A DNA stretch of 64,000 nt from Pirellulales bacterium (lineage in GTDB: Bacteria; Planctomycetota; Planctomycetia; Pirellulales; PALSA-1355), in contig CAVTBU010000009.1 in assembly GCA_963733035.1 (NCBI GenBank), positions 256,001 to 320,000 on the forward strand, in the 5' to 3' direction. Made by a program: the position numbers and the translations under genes. Within the stretch, counting starts at the first letter, position 1, and each line of letters opens with the position of its first letter. Of the stretch, positions 20,772-32,216 are shown one piece after another. The notes under the pieces are model-generated. The model did no database searches and was not told the DNA's origin. It saw only the letters and a list, made by a program, of their open reading frames with translations.

Positions 20772-21856
20772 TGGGCTCGTCCTCCGCGTCCGCTGATGCG
20801 CCCGCATTTCTGTTTATCACCTGCCAGAACGGCGCTGAAGCCGCGCTCAAGGCTGAACTCGCGCGCGAACAGCCGAATTTTCACTTCGCCTACTCGCGCC
20901 CGGGGTTTCTCACATTCAAGCTGCCAGCGCGCATGATTGCGAGTTCCGTTTTCAAGCTCAACGCCGTTTTTGCCAGAGCCTGGGGCTTCACGATTGGAAG
21001 GGTCAAAGCGGAATCGCTCGAAACGGCCGCGAAGGAAGTCTGGAGCCAGGTCGACGGTCAGCGATTCGACGCGTTGCACGTTTGGCAGCGCGATTTGGCG
21101 GCCATTGGCGATCGCGGTTTCGAACCGCACGTTACGCCCGCGGCGCTGGCGGCCGAGGAGGCGCTTCGACGTCACGCAAATACCGACACGCTCAACCCGC
21201 CGCTCGCCCGAGTGGCCGAGCCAGGCGGCCATGTGCTGGACTGCGTTCTGGTGGAGCCGCACGAGTGGTGGATCGGCGAGCATTGGGCCGCTCACGACGA
21301 CTCCTGCTATCCCGGCGGATTACGTGAGGTTGCCAAGCCGACGGAGATGGTTTCTCGAGCGTATATCAAAATGCAGGAAGCCCTCGCATGGTCGGCGCTG
21401 CCGATTCAGTCGGGGCAGACTTGTGCGGAAATCGGTTGTGCCCCGGGGGGCGCCAGCCAATGTTTACTCGAACACGGGCTGAAAGTGATCGGCATCGATC
21501 CGGCGCGGATGGATGCCAGCGTGTTGGACCATCCGAACTTCACACACGTTCGCAAGCGCGGCGCTGATGTCCGCCGACGTGAGTTTCGCGGTGTCAGCTG
21601 GCTGACGGCTGATATGAACGTCGCGCCCGAATACACGCTCGACACGGTCGAAGCCATCGTCACGCACGAGACGGTCAACGTTCGCGGCCTGCTGCTCACG
21701 TTAAAGTTGCTTGACTGGAAGCTGGCGGACGAAATCCCCAGCTATTTGGCACGGATCAAACGGTGGGGCTATTCGCACGCTTCTGCCCGGCAGTTGGCCC
21801 ACAATCGCCAGGAGGTTTGCGTGGCGGCCACGCGACGGGCAAAGCGTCGCAAGTAG
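20771..21856 (+). CDS. RlmM/FtsJ-like SAM-dependent 2'-O-ribose RNA methyltransferase
   Basis: SRAYIKMQEAL, EIGCAPGG, GIDP, ADMN, TLKL, HNRQEVC (K-D-K-E tetrad); GTG overlaps the upstream TAG. Confidence 0.8.
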   Translation: MGSSSASADAPAFLFITCQNGAEAALKAELAREQPNFHFAYSRPGFLTFKLPARMIASSVFKLNAVFARAWGFTIGRVKAESLETAAKEVWSQVDGQRFDALHVWQRDLAAIGDRGFEPHVTPAALAAEEALRRHANTDTLNPPLARVAEPGGHVLDCVLVEPHEWWIGEHWAAHDDSCYPGGLREVAKPTEMVSRAYIKMQEALAWSALPIQSGQTCAEIGCAPGGASQCLLEHGLKVIGIDPARMDASVLDHPNFTHVRKRGADVRRREFRGVSWLTADMNVAPEYTLDTVEAIVTHETVNVRGLLLTLKLLDWKLADEIPSYLARIKRWGYSHASARQLAHNRQEVCVAATRRAKRRK

Positions 21857-21870
21857 ACGAACCGCGAGCA

Positions 21871-22902
21871 TCAATAGTCGTACCAGATGCCGAAACCGAT
21901 GCGCTGTTCGAAGAGGTTGTAAAATTCGTACTGCGTGCTGGCACCGTTAACGTAGTTGAGTCCGATGCGGAAGGTTTTCATGGCTGCTCCGCCGCGCCAT
22001 TGCCAACCGGCCTGCACGACAAAGAAGCCACCGAAGTTCAGTTCCTGGCGAAGATCACAGTAAACCGCGGCGAACGGCGCACCACCCCGTATGGCCGGGC
22101 TGTAGTCGGCTCCAAACTGAAACTCCCAGGGTTTGGCACCACCATCGGGAGCAAACGCCCAATCGGCTTCCGCGAACAAGCGGAGGTCGTCGGTGTAATA
22201 GTAGCCGACGCCCAACATCCACGAATCGCGCATGTAGTTGATGCGGGTGAAAAACGTCGACGGATTTAAAATCATATACTCGTCACCGAGGTGAGAACTT
22301 ATGTGGTAGTAGCCCGTTTTGAACTGCCACTTACCCTGCGCGAAAACGAACGGAATGCCGACTCGATAGTCGCAGGAGATCAGCGGGGCGCTGAATTTGC
22401 TGGGCCAAATCCGCGGCATCGCCGCCGCTTCGATTTGCATTTCCCAGCCTTCCGGGCGATAGGCGTTGGGCGTGCCGTAGCGAATCAGGGAAACGCGGCC
22501 GCCCATCGTGGCATCCCATATCGAGCCAAACGCCGAGCTGTCGGTGGCCGCCACAGACAGCCGCGGCTCCTTGACACCCGCCAGGTAGGATCGCCACACC
22601 AACCCCTCGGGAAGCAACTGCCACACCCAGGGAAGGCTCGGGCTTTGGTTCACTGCCCTTTGTGTGCCGCGGATGAACGGTCGGTCATACCACCGGCGCG
22701 TCGACTGCAGCCAGTCACCATTCATTGGCAGGATTTCGTCGCTGGCAAGCACACCCTCCGGCGGCAGTTGCTGCCCACCGGAAACCGATGGAGGCGGCAG
22801 AGGCTCGATCGTGTGACCCGCCGCCAGCGAGGCTGTTAGCGATACCCCGCAGGCGATCAGCAGCACAAACGACGAACGACGGAGTTGGCGAATTCGGTGC
22901 AT
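21871..22902 (-). CDS. DUF1207-like exported protein, probable outer-membrane beta-barrel
   Basis: Signal peptide, SYLAGVKEPR, DYRVGIP, YYHISSHLGDE, alternating aromatic beta-strands, C-terminal GFGIWYDY. Confidence 0.82.
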   Translation of the reverse strand: MHRIRQLRRSSFVLLIACGVSLTASLAAGHTIEPLPPPSVSGGQQLPPEGVLASDEILPMNGDWLQSTRRWYDRPFIRGTQRAVNQSPSLPWVWQLLPEGLVWRSYLAGVKEPRLSVAATDSSAFGSIWDATMGGRVSLIRYGTPNAYRPEGWEMQIEAAAMPRIWPSKFSAPLISCDYRVGIPFVFAQGKWQFKTGYYHISSHLGDEYMILNPSTFFTRINYMRDSWMLGVGYYYTDDLRLFAEADWAFAPDGGAKPWEFQFGADYSPAIRGGAPFAAVYCDLRQELNFGGFFVVQAGWQWRGGAAMKTFRIGLNYVNGASTQYEFYNLFEQRIGFGIWYDY

Positions 22903-23179
22903 CGTCGAAAGGGGGCGTCGGGCCGAGTGGCGGGGAGAAAGGCGCAATTAGCGAGCGGAAGCTGGCGTGACAGAAGCATTATCGGCAGTCTCGCTATAAC
23001 CGGCTCCAGTCGCATAAGCCCAATTGCCGTGCTAGCCCGACCCCCATGCCCCCGAATAACCGGCACGGCTTTCCCAAACTCCGGTTCGTTTTTGCCGCTA
23101 ACGCAGGTCAGCCAATCCAGCAGCAAAAAACGCCACCAATGTCGCGCTTGGGCGAACCGCCGAAAACCGTCAGACAGGC

Positions 23180-23881
23180 TCACGGCGCGAGGTCGAATAA
23201 CAGCACTTCCGCACGCTCGAGTGCGAGCAGGGCCAGGCTCGGCTGGCCGCTCACCGCCAGTGCATCGCCAGCCACCAATGGCTCGCCCGCCACTTCGACT
23301 TTGCCGCGAAGAACTTGCAGCCAGGCCTGTCGACCGTCTTGGAGATCTCGCTGGAGCCGCTGGCCGACAGCCAAATCCGCCAGGTAAATGCGGGCGTCTT
23401 GGTGAATCATTAACGATCCGTCGGCGGCATCTGGCGAAGCCACCAGCTGCCATGCCCCTTGTCGGACCTGCGGGTCGAATGCGTTCTGTTCATACCCAGG
23501 CTCGAGCCCCTGCCGATCAGGCAAGAGCCAGATCTGATACAAGTGCACTGGCTCGTCGGTCGAGGGATTGAATTCGCTGTGGCGAATTCCTCTGCCAGCG
23601 GTCATCCGCTGCAATTCTCCGGGCCTCAACACTGAGCCATTTCCCAGGCTGTCGCGGTGTTCCAAGGCGCCGGAAAGCACGTAAGTGACGATTTCCATAT
23701 CGCGGTGCCCGTGCATGCCAAATCCTTTTCCGGGTGCGACGCGGTCTTCGTTGATCACGCGCAACGACCCAAACTGCACATGCTGGGGATCGAAGTAGTC
23801 ACCAAACGAAAAGGTGTGGTAAGTGTCCAACCAGCCGTGGTTGAAATGTCCACGCTCGCTACCTCGTCGAATGGTCATCAT
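23180..23881 (-). CDS. Pirin family protein (YhhW-like bicupin)
   Basis: RGHFNHGWLDTYHTFSF, LRVINEDRV, GFGMHGHRDMEIVTYV, HRDSLGN, MTAGRGIRHSEFN; GGGAG RBS. Confidence 0.95.
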   Translation of the reverse strand: MMTIRRGSERGHFNHGWLDTYHTFSFGDYFDPQHVQFGSLRVINEDRVAPGKGFGMHGHRDMEIVTYVLSGALEHRDSLGNGSVLRPGELQRMTAGRGIRHSEFNPSTDEPVHLYQIWLLPDRQGLEPGYEQNAFDPQVRQGAWQLVASPDAADGSLMIHQDARIYLADLAVGQRLQRDLQDGRQAWLQVLRGKVEVAGEPLVAGDALAVSGQPSLALLALERAEVLLFDLAP

Positions 23882-23898
23882 GGTCAGACTCCCGCTAT

Positions 23899-23916
23899 TA
23901 GTTGACATATAAAGTA
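23899..23916. promoter_or_regulatory. Candidate MarR operator upstream of the pirin gene
   Basis: Imperfect palindrome TAGTTGACATATAAAGTA, 15/18 identical to the reverse complement of the site at 24489-24506. Confidence 0.6.
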
Positions 23917-23969
23917 TTTAGGTAAAAAAACAGGCGGTGGAGGAAATGCCGTGCTCAACAGCGGTGCGG

Positions 23970-24450
23970 CTAAGGCTCGTCGTCCGGAAGATCTGCGCGC
24001 ACTTTGTCGAGCAGTCGCATAAGTTCGGCCAATTCGGTGCGCGAAAGGGTTCCCATTAGCTTCTGATGCAGCTCCACAAGCGGTCGGTCGATTTTGGCGA
24101 GCGTTTTGACGGCCTTGTCCGTGAGGGCCACGTAGATTACACGGCGATCTTCGGCAGAGCGTCCGCGCAACGAGGCCCGCAGATTCCAAGCGGTCAATGA
24201 GTCCAGTGATGCCCGGAACGACCGTGACCGTGCGTTCAGCAATCTCCAGAATGGGGAGCGGTCCCCCCTCGCCCCGCAGGATTCGCAACACATTGTATTG
24301 GGAGGGGGTTAGCCCAAACTTCCGAAAGAGTCGCGTGAACTGGATCTGCAAGCGATCATTCGTGCGCACTAACCCCAAGGCGGCTTCCTGTTCGGGTACG
24401 TCGAAGGGCCGCTTCTTCTTCAATTCGCGTTGGAGGCGCGTGCTGGTCAT
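23970..24450 (-). CDS. MarR family transcriptional regulator; frameshift at ~24160
   Basis: FGLTPSQYNVLRILRG...ITGLIDRLESAGLVAR in ORF 23884-24450 continues as SAEDRRVIYVALTDKA in ORF 23970-24293. Confidence 0.9.
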
Positions 24451-24488
24451 GGAAATTTATTTCGGCATTACAGGGTTCGCGACTCATT

Positions 24489-24518
24489 TAGTTTATATGT
24501 AAACCATTGTCCTGTCAA
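24489..24518 (-). promoter_or_regulatory. sigma70-type promoter of marR overlapped by an operator palindrome
   Basis: Minus strand TTGACA (24518-24513), 17 nt, TAAACT (24495-24490); palindrome TAGTTTATATGTAAACCA at 24489-24506. Confidence 0.7.
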
Positions 24519-24560
24519 GTGCCTACAAAAATGAAACAGCCCCCTGCACAACTGGGCATC

Positions 24561-25352
24561 CTAGAGGGTGTGGACAAGGGTCCCGGAATAGAACCGCTCA
24601 AGGCCCTGGCCAGCCTCCAGCAGCAGGGCGCCGTCCGGCGCGATGCCGGCGCAGCGCCCTGTGGCGCGGCGGCCGGCTGCATCGATTGTCAGATCTTGGC
24701 CGACTTGCAGACAAAGCCGTTGAAAACGCTCGCCAAAGCCGGCCGGATCGGCCGCCGAGGCCCGCACCGCGGCTTGCAGTTGTCGCAACAAGTCGATCAG
24801 CAGCGCAGTGCGGTCCAGCGTATGGCCGGCTAGGTCACGGAGGCTCGTTGCCCGGGCAGCGACTTCCGGCGGCGCCCCGGCGAGCGAGTTGTTGACGTTC
24901 AGTCCGATGCCAACGACATGCCGTCCGCCGGCGAGCACATCGACCAAGATTCCGGCCAGCTTGCGGCCACCGGCGAACACGTCGTTCGGCCAGTGCAAGC
25001 CGACGTCGGCCCGCGGAACAAGCGGGGCAACCGTGTCGACGATCGAGACGCCGACGGCCAGCGAGCGCTGCGGCTGAAGCGCTGCGCTGAGCGACCAATC
25101 GGCCGGGTCGAACACGAGACTGAAAGCCAGGCTGCCGCCGCCGGTCCACCAGCGATTCTGCCCGCGGCCGCGGCCGGCGGTCTGGGCCTCGGCGATAACC
25201 ATCAGCGGGAGTCGGGTGTCGGCGATGCGCGCATGCTGGTGTGCCACGTCGTGCGTCGAGCCAATGGACTCAAAGTACTCCACGCGCGCGACGGGGCTTT
25301 CGGCGAGCAGTCTGGGCACATCGATGCGTTGGTCGATTGGATCGTTCGACAT
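24561..25352 (-). CDS. birA: Biotin--[acetyl-CoA-carboxylase] ligase (class I, no HTH domain)
   Basis: IGSTH, AEAQTAGRGRGQNRW, HWPNDV, RKLAGIL, GIGLNVN, GIAPDGALLL. Confidence 0.92.
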   Translation of the reverse strand: MSNDPIDQRIDVPRLLAESPVARVEYFESIGSTHDVAHQHARIADTRLPLMVIAEAQTAGRGRGQNRWWTGGGSLAFSLVFDPADWSLSAALQPQRSLAVGVSIVDTVAPLVPRADVGLHWPNDVFAGGRKLAGILVDVLAGGRHVVGIGLNVNNSLAGAPPEVAARATSLRDLAGHTLDRTALLIDLLRQLQAAVRASAADPAGFGERFQRLCLQVGQDLTIDAAGRRATGRCAGIAPDGALLLEAGQGLERFYSGTLVHTL

Positions 25353-25520
25353 CGCAAGCCATGCTAGCAAACCCCCGCTGGCTCGACTACATGGAGCGTG
25401 TCGGTCGTTGCGGCTCCAGACTTGAGCTTGACTGGCCAAGTTGCACTTGGTATTCAAATCCGCCCAATCAAGAACTCCGCCTTCGCCGGCGGACTCCCAT
25501 CTTCCGCACTCGGTTCCGAG

Positions 25521-26720
25521 TTGAAAGTAATTTGCCACACCGCCGGGTATTTGATCGCGCTGGCGACGCTGTGCGTCGGTCTAGCGACGCCTGCGCAAGC
25601 GCAGCGCGTGGAATTTCCCACGATGGTCGAACAGCCAAGCGTGCTGGCACCCAGCACGCCGTCGACTCAATGGACGGCCGCTCAGGGCACATTTGCTGCA
25701 CCGTCCAACTCGCCGCTGTCGTCCGTGCCGTACGACCCCTACACGCCGTCGCTGTCTCAAACGCCGTCGGCCGTGCCGCAAGCAACGTTTCCGCCCCCGC
25801 CCGCGTACTCGCCATACTCGCCGTCGCCATATGCGGCGCCGACCGCTTCGCCGACGCCGTACTCATCCTCGCCTTCGGCGCTATACCCCGAGGGCATCCA
25901 GTTTCCACAGCAACCGACCACGAACTGGAACCAGGCCCTGCGGCTGATGCAGGACGTGCGCGCGCGGTGGACGTGGCTGTCGCCCATGGGATCCAACTCG
26001 CTGGGCGTGAACGACGTGGAAACGAATGCCACATTCGCCGTACCGTTCTTCAAGACGACGTCTCCGTTAATGTTCACGCCGGGCTTTGGGATCCACTTTT
26101 GGCAGGGGCCGGTCACCCAACCACCGTATATGGCCCAGCTGCCTCCCAATACCTACGATGCGTACCTCGACACCGCCTGGTATCCGCAGGTCAACAATTG
26201 GCTCAGCGCACAGGTTGGCGTGCGGGTGGGTGCCTATACCGACTTCAACACGTTTACCACCCATAGCATTCGTATTATGGGCCGGGGTCTAGGCGTTGTC
26301 GCCATTACACCCACGTTGAAATTCGCGTTAGGCGTCGTGTACATCGATCGTGTGAAAATCAAGCTGCTGCCGGCTGGCGGCATTATTTGGGTTCCCAACA
26401 CCGACTCGCGATACGAAATTTTGTTTCCCAATCCGAGGCTGTCGCATCGCTGGACCACGCTCGGCAACACCGATCTCTGGTTCTACGGCACCGGCGAATA
26501 TGGCGGCGGATCATGGACCGCCGACATCGGCGGCGGCAGCAACCAGTTTGATTACAACGACATTCGCGTCGCCGGCGGCATTGAGTCGTTTGGGCTGCGT
26601 GGCCTGCACGCATACTTCGAAGTCGGCTACGTGTGGGACCGGCAACTCGTCTATCGCTACACTCTGCCACAATTCCCCGCGTCAGACACCATCATGTTGC
26701 GGGCGGGAATCGACTACTAA
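25521..26720 (+). CDS. Exported protein with Pro/Ser-rich linker and probable outer-membrane beta-barrel (start uncertain; ORF open from 25398)
   Basis: Signal peptide ending AQA, low-complexity PSYP linker, amphipathic strands (LLPAGGIIW, EILFPNPR, GEYGGGSW), C-terminal LRAGIDY. Confidence 0.75.
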   Translation: MKVICHTAGYLIALATLCVGLATPAQAQRVEFPTMVEQPSVLAPSTPSTQWTAAQGTFAAPSNSPLSSVPYDPYTPSLSQTPSAVPQATFPPPPAYSPYSPSPYAAPTASPTPYSSSPSALYPEGIQFPQQPTTNWNQALRLMQDVRARWTWLSPMGSNSLGVNDVETNATFAVPFFKTTSPLMFTPGFGIHFWQGPVTQPPYMAQLPPNTYDAYLDTAWYPQVNNWLSAQVGVRVGAYTDFNTFTTHSIRIMGRGLGVVAITPTLKFALGVVYIDRVKIKLLPAGGIIWVPNTDSRYEILFPNPRLSHRWTTLGNTDLWFYGTGEYGGGSWTADIGGGSNQFDYNDIRVAGGIESFGLRGLHAYFEVGYVWDRQLVYRYTLPQFPASDTIMLRAGIDY

Positions 26721-26904
26721 GTGCCGATGGCGCCGCCGTTCGATCAACGTGGTCGTTGCCGTAACGCCGGTGCAACACTGCGGTGGAAGCAGCGGTTGAA
26801 ATCGGGTCGGCCCGCAATTTATCATTAGAGGAGCACTAGCACAGCTCCTTCGTCCAGCGCGCCGGTGTGCGTCCCGCCTTGTATCTTCCCCGCTGAGGAA
26901 CCTC

Positions 26905-29900
26905 ATGTCCCGTCCGATTGCCTTGCGCTCGTCGTGCTTTATCTATATCGCCGCGATTCTCCTCGCTGGATTTCATACTGCGAACGCCCAACCGCTCGTG
27001 GCACCGACCGAAGCCCTTACGCCGGCCGAACAGCAAACGAAATTCCATTTGCCGCCCGGCTTCGAGATTCAGCTGGTGGCCGCTGAGCCTGCCATCCACA
27101 AGCCAATGAACATCTCGTTCGACAGCCAGGGCCGGCTGTGGGTGACCGATACAGTCGAGTATCCGTACCCGGTCGCCGAAGGCGTCACGCCACGTGACAC
27201 GGTGAAGATCCTCACCGATACCGATGGCGACGGATCGGCCGACGAAGTGACGACGTTTGCCGACGGCTTGAACATACCGTTGGGAGTGATGCCGGTTGTA
27301 GACGGCGTTGTCGTGTACGGCATTCCGGCCATTCTGAAGTGCCGCGATACCGACGGCGATGGTCAGGCGGACTCCCGTGAAACGCTCTATGGCAACTTCG
27401 GCAATCGAGACACGCACGGCATGGTCAACTCGTTCACGCGCGGCCTGGATGGTTGGCTCTACGCCTGCCATGGATTCGCCAACGATTCGGCGCCGGTCGG
27501 AACTGACGGTCATCAGATCAAGATGAACTCCGGCAACACGTTTCGCATGCGGCTCGACGGTTCGCGGGTCGAATACAACACGCACGGGCAGGTGAATCCG
27601 TTCGGCCTGTCGTTCGATCCGCTCGGCAATTTGTACTCGGCCGACTGCCACACGATGCCGGTATACATGTTGCTCCGCGGGGCCTACTACCCCAGCTTTG
27701 GCAAGCCGCACGACGGGCTTGGTTTCGGACCTACGATGATCAAGCACAACCACAAGTCCACTGGGATCGGAGGTATCGCATACTATGCCGCCGAGCACTT
27801 TCCGCCGGAGTATCGAGATACGCTCTTCATCGGCAATCCCGTAACTGGTTGCGTGAATCACGACCAGCTGGCCAAACATGGCTCAACGTACGATTGCATC
27901 GAAATGCCAGACTTCATCACCTGCGACGATCCCTGGTTCCGTCCGGTGAACATCAAGGTCGGTCCCGACGGTGCGCTGTACGTGGCCGACTTCTATAATT
28001 GCATCATCGGACACTACGAGGTTCCGCTGACGCATCCCCGCCGCGACCGCGAGCGTGGGCGAATCTGGCGCGTGGTGTACACCGGCGAGGGCGTAGAGAA
28101 TGCTCCGCCAACGTCCGCTGCCGAAACTCCGCACATCCGCGCGGCTTCGCTCGACCAATTGCTGACGATGCTGGGGCACGGCAACTTAACCGTGCGGACC
28201 CTGGCGACGCACGAGATCGTCGATCGGGTTGGCGCGCCGGCCGCCGATCCGCTAGGGGATATCCTGGCCTCGGTTGATTCGAACGCGTTTCAGCGGATCC
28301 ATGCGATGTGGGCGTTGGAACGAATCTCGGAATTGGATGCGGATCAGATCAAAAGACTCACCGGCGATGCCGATCGAGGCGTGCGGACGCATGTCATGAA
28401 ACTGCTCGCCGAACGAGTGGCGGTCGACACGGCGACGTTTCGCGCTGGATTGCACGACCCAGACCCGTTTGTCCGACGGGCGGCGGCCGAGGGACTGGCG
28501 CGACACCCGAATGTGGCAAATGTGCAGCCGCTGGCGGCGTTGTGGTCTTCGACGGCACCGGAGGACACGCATTTGATTCACGTGGCGCGGATGGCCCTGC
28601 GCGATCAGTTGGTGCCGCCCGGTGCGTATGCGGAGTTAGAAAGCCTCGCGGCAGTCGATCGGAGCTTGCGCGAACAGTTGGCCAACGTGAGTCTGGGCGT
28701 GCCAAGCGAGGCATCGGCCGCATTTGTGCTGGCGCATTTGCAGGCAGATCCGACGAATCCCGCGCGGGACACGTACCTGCATCATGCCGCCCGATACCTG
28801 CCGGAAGCCGAACTCGGCAAAGTGTATGAGCTAGCCACAAGTTGCCGAGAGTTGCCGCCTCTGGAGCAAGTCGGCGTGGTTCGCGCGCTGGGCCGAGCTC
28901 TGCAAGAGCGGCGCACGGAGCAACCCGAGCAGGTCACGCAGTGGATCGAACAACTCACCGCTGAATTGCTCACCGCCGAGGACGAAAGTCAAGTTCGGGC
29001 AGGAATCGACATGGCCCGGGATTTTCGCCCTCAAGTGCTCGAAGTGCTTTCCAAGGCAACCCGCCCCGAGGCCCGCTTCGCTGGATTGCGGCCGGCCGCG
29101 CTCGACGCGTGTGGCGGCTATGATCCGGCCGAAGCTGTTCCACTGTTGGCGGCTGTGATGAATCGCGCGTCCGAAGCCGTGAACCTGCGGCAGCACGCGG
29201 CCGCGGCGCTCGGACGCATCAACAACGAATTCTCACGCGAGCAGTTGGTCGCCTGCCTGCAAACCGCGCCCGAGAGTCTGGCTTTGGCGATCGCCGCGGG
29301 ACTGGCCGATACGCCGCCGGGTGCCGAGGCCTTGCTGGCCACCATCGAGAGCGGCAAAGCAACGCCCGCTTGCTACAAGAGAAGAATGTCCTCAACCGTC
29401 TGCGTTCGCGCAATATCGAAAGGTTCGATCAGCGGCTCCCGAAGTTGACGGCCAACTTACCGCCCGCCGACCAGAGGATCAATGAGTTGATCGCCAAACG
29501 GCGCGAACTGATCGCTGGCGGCAAGCCGGACGCTTCGGTCGGGGCAGCGGTTTTCGAAAAGAACTGTGCGCTCTGCCACCGCATCGGCGACAAGGGCGCT
29601 AAGATCGGCCCGAACCTCGACGGCGTCGGCATACGCGGCGTCGAGCGGTTGCTGGAGGACATTCTCGATCCCAGCCGCAACGTCGACCAGGCGTTTCGCA
29701 CCACGCAAGTGGTCACCGCCGATGGCCGCAACCTGATCGGACTGGCGCTCCGCGAAGAGGGAAACATCCTGGTGCTGGCCGACGCCCAAGGCAAGGAAGT
29801 CCGCGTGCCGATCGACGAGATCGAGCAGCGCGTCGTCAGTCCGCTGTCGGTCATGCCCTCGAACGTGCCTGACATCGTAAACGAAACCGACTTCGTGCAC

Positions 29901-29948
29901 CTGATTGGTTATTTACTTTCACAACGAGCCGAGCAAGCGGCAAAGTAA
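26905..29948 (+). CDS. Second PVC-type heme-binding CxxCH protein; frameshift at ~29366
   Basis: ORF 26905-29448 (propeller and HEAT region) joins ORF 29370-29948 (CALCH, IGPNLDG, SVMP); one added C in ACG CCC restores the frame; GAGG RBS. Confidence 0.9.
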
Positions 29949-29959
29949 CGCGAGGAGCG

Positions 29960-30843
<884 letters not shown>

Positions 30844-30859
30844 TGCGTGTGTCTTTCCG

Positions 30860-32047
30860 TCAGGCCCCAATCGAGGCCACAACCTTTTTCGCCGCGTCGG
30901 TCAGTCCGGTCGCGCTGATGATGTCCAGTTTGCTTTCCGCCAGCATCTTGCGGGCCTGTTCCACTTCAGTTCCTTCAAGACGCACGACCAGCGGCACGTT
31001 GAAGCCTACGAGCTCGTAGGCTTCGAGCACGGCCGAGGCGATCGTTGTGCATCGCATGATGCCGCCGAAAATGTTGACGAGTACGGCCTTGGTGTTTTTG
31101 TCGTCGAGCAGGATCCGGAAGGCCTCGGTAACTTGCTCAACGTTTGCACCACCGCCGACGTCGAGGAAATTCGCCGGCTCGCCGCCATGCAACTTGATAA
31201 GGTCCATCGTGCTCATGGCCAGTCCGGCACCGTTAACCAGGCAACCGATGTTGCCGTCGAGCTTCACGTAACTGAGCCCCGCTTTGCCGGCCCGCACTTC
31301 GGCCGGCTCCTCCTCGGAGAGATCGCGCAGTTCGGCAAGATCCTTGTGACGAAACATCGCGTTGTCGTCAAATGTCATCTTGGCATCGAGGGCCAATAGC
31401 TCGCCACCCTTGGTGACGACCAACGGATTGATTTCGGCCAGGCTGCAATCGCTCTTGACGAACACACGGCACAAGGCCTGCATGAACTTTTCGGCCGAGC
31501 GGATACTGGTGCCCTTGAGGCCCAACTTGGCCGCCAGTTTACGGGCCTGATACGGAAACAGGCCTGTGTCGGGATGGAACCGCTCGCGGTAGATCAACTC
31601 GGGCGTCTTCTCCGCGACTTCCTCGATGTTCATGCCGCCTTCGCTCGAAACCATCAGCACCGGACCGGCCGACGCCCGATCGACGACGATACCGAGGTAT
31701 AACTCTCGCGCGATCTCGCAACCTTCTTCAACGAGCACCTGTCGGACGACCTGACCGCCTGGACCAGTTTGAATCGTAACCAGGTGATTGCCAAGCAAGT
31801 TGGCAGCGACTTGACGAGCTTCGTCAGCGCTTTTGACGAGTTGCACGCCGTGTTGTTGGGGCTTCTCCTGGATGGTCCCCTTGCCGCGGCCGCCGGCGTG
31901 GATCTGGGCCTTGACGACGGCGATTTTGCCGCCGAGTTCTTGGTACGCGGCGGCGGCTTCCTCGGCCGACCGCGCCACAATGCCCCTGGGCACGGCGACG
32001 CCCGCCTGGCGAAGGATTTCCTTGGCTTGGAATTCGTGAATTTTCAT
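30860..32047 (-). CDS. sucC: Succinate--CoA ligase (ADP-forming) beta subunit
   Basis: [53 protein letters not shown]. Confidence 0.98.
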   Translation of the reverse strand: MKIHEFQAKEILRQAGVAVPRGIVARSAEEAAAAYQELGGKIAVVKAQIHAGGRGKGTIQEKPQQHGVQLVKSADEARQVAANLLGNHLVTIQTGPGGQVVRQVLVEEGCEIARELYLGIVVDRASAGPVLMVSSEGGMNIEEVAEKTPELIYRERFHPDTGLFPYQARKLAAKLGLKGTSIRSAEKFMQALCRVFVKSDCSLAEINPLVVTKGGELLALDAKMTFDDNAMFRHKDLAELRDLSEEEPAEVRAGKAGLSYVKLDGNIGCLVNGAGLAMSTMDLIKLHGGEPANFLDVGGGANVEQVTEAFRILLDDKNTKAVLVNIFGGIMRCTTIASAVLEAYELVGFNVPLVVRLEGTEVEQARKMLAESKLDIISATGLTDAAKKVVASIGA

Positions 32048-32116
32048 GCGACCGGCTTTGCTGTGGTGGGCGGCGGCGATCAAGTCCAGCGCCGTTGGCT
32101 CAAGTGCAAGCGGGCG

Positions 32117-32146
32117 ATTATAGAAGTTGCCGAACTCGGGGGTCAA
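32117..32146 (-). promoter_or_regulatory. sigma70-type promoter of sucCD
   Basis: Minus strand TTGACC-18 nt-TATAAT. Confidence 0.65.
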
Positions 32147-32179
32147 GCGACGGACCATTACGCTCCCGTTACGCTTTGC

Positions 32180-32208
32180 TTGACCATGCAAGTTGGGGGT
32201 TCTATAGT
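32180..32208 (+). promoter_or_regulatory. sigma70-type promoter of the Fur-family gene
   Basis: TTGACC-17 nt-TATAGT, ending 8 nt before ATG 32217. Confidence 0.65.
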
Positions 32209-32216
32209 TGGGTTTG

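Noticed and set aside
22979..22986. Perfect sigma28-like -10 (GCCGATAA, minus strand) upstream of the DUF1207-like gene
   Set aside because: No TAAA -35 at the expected spacing; insufficient on its own
23920..23970. T7 tract (minus strand) between marR and pirin as a terminator
   Set aside because: No convincing stem immediately precedes the U-run
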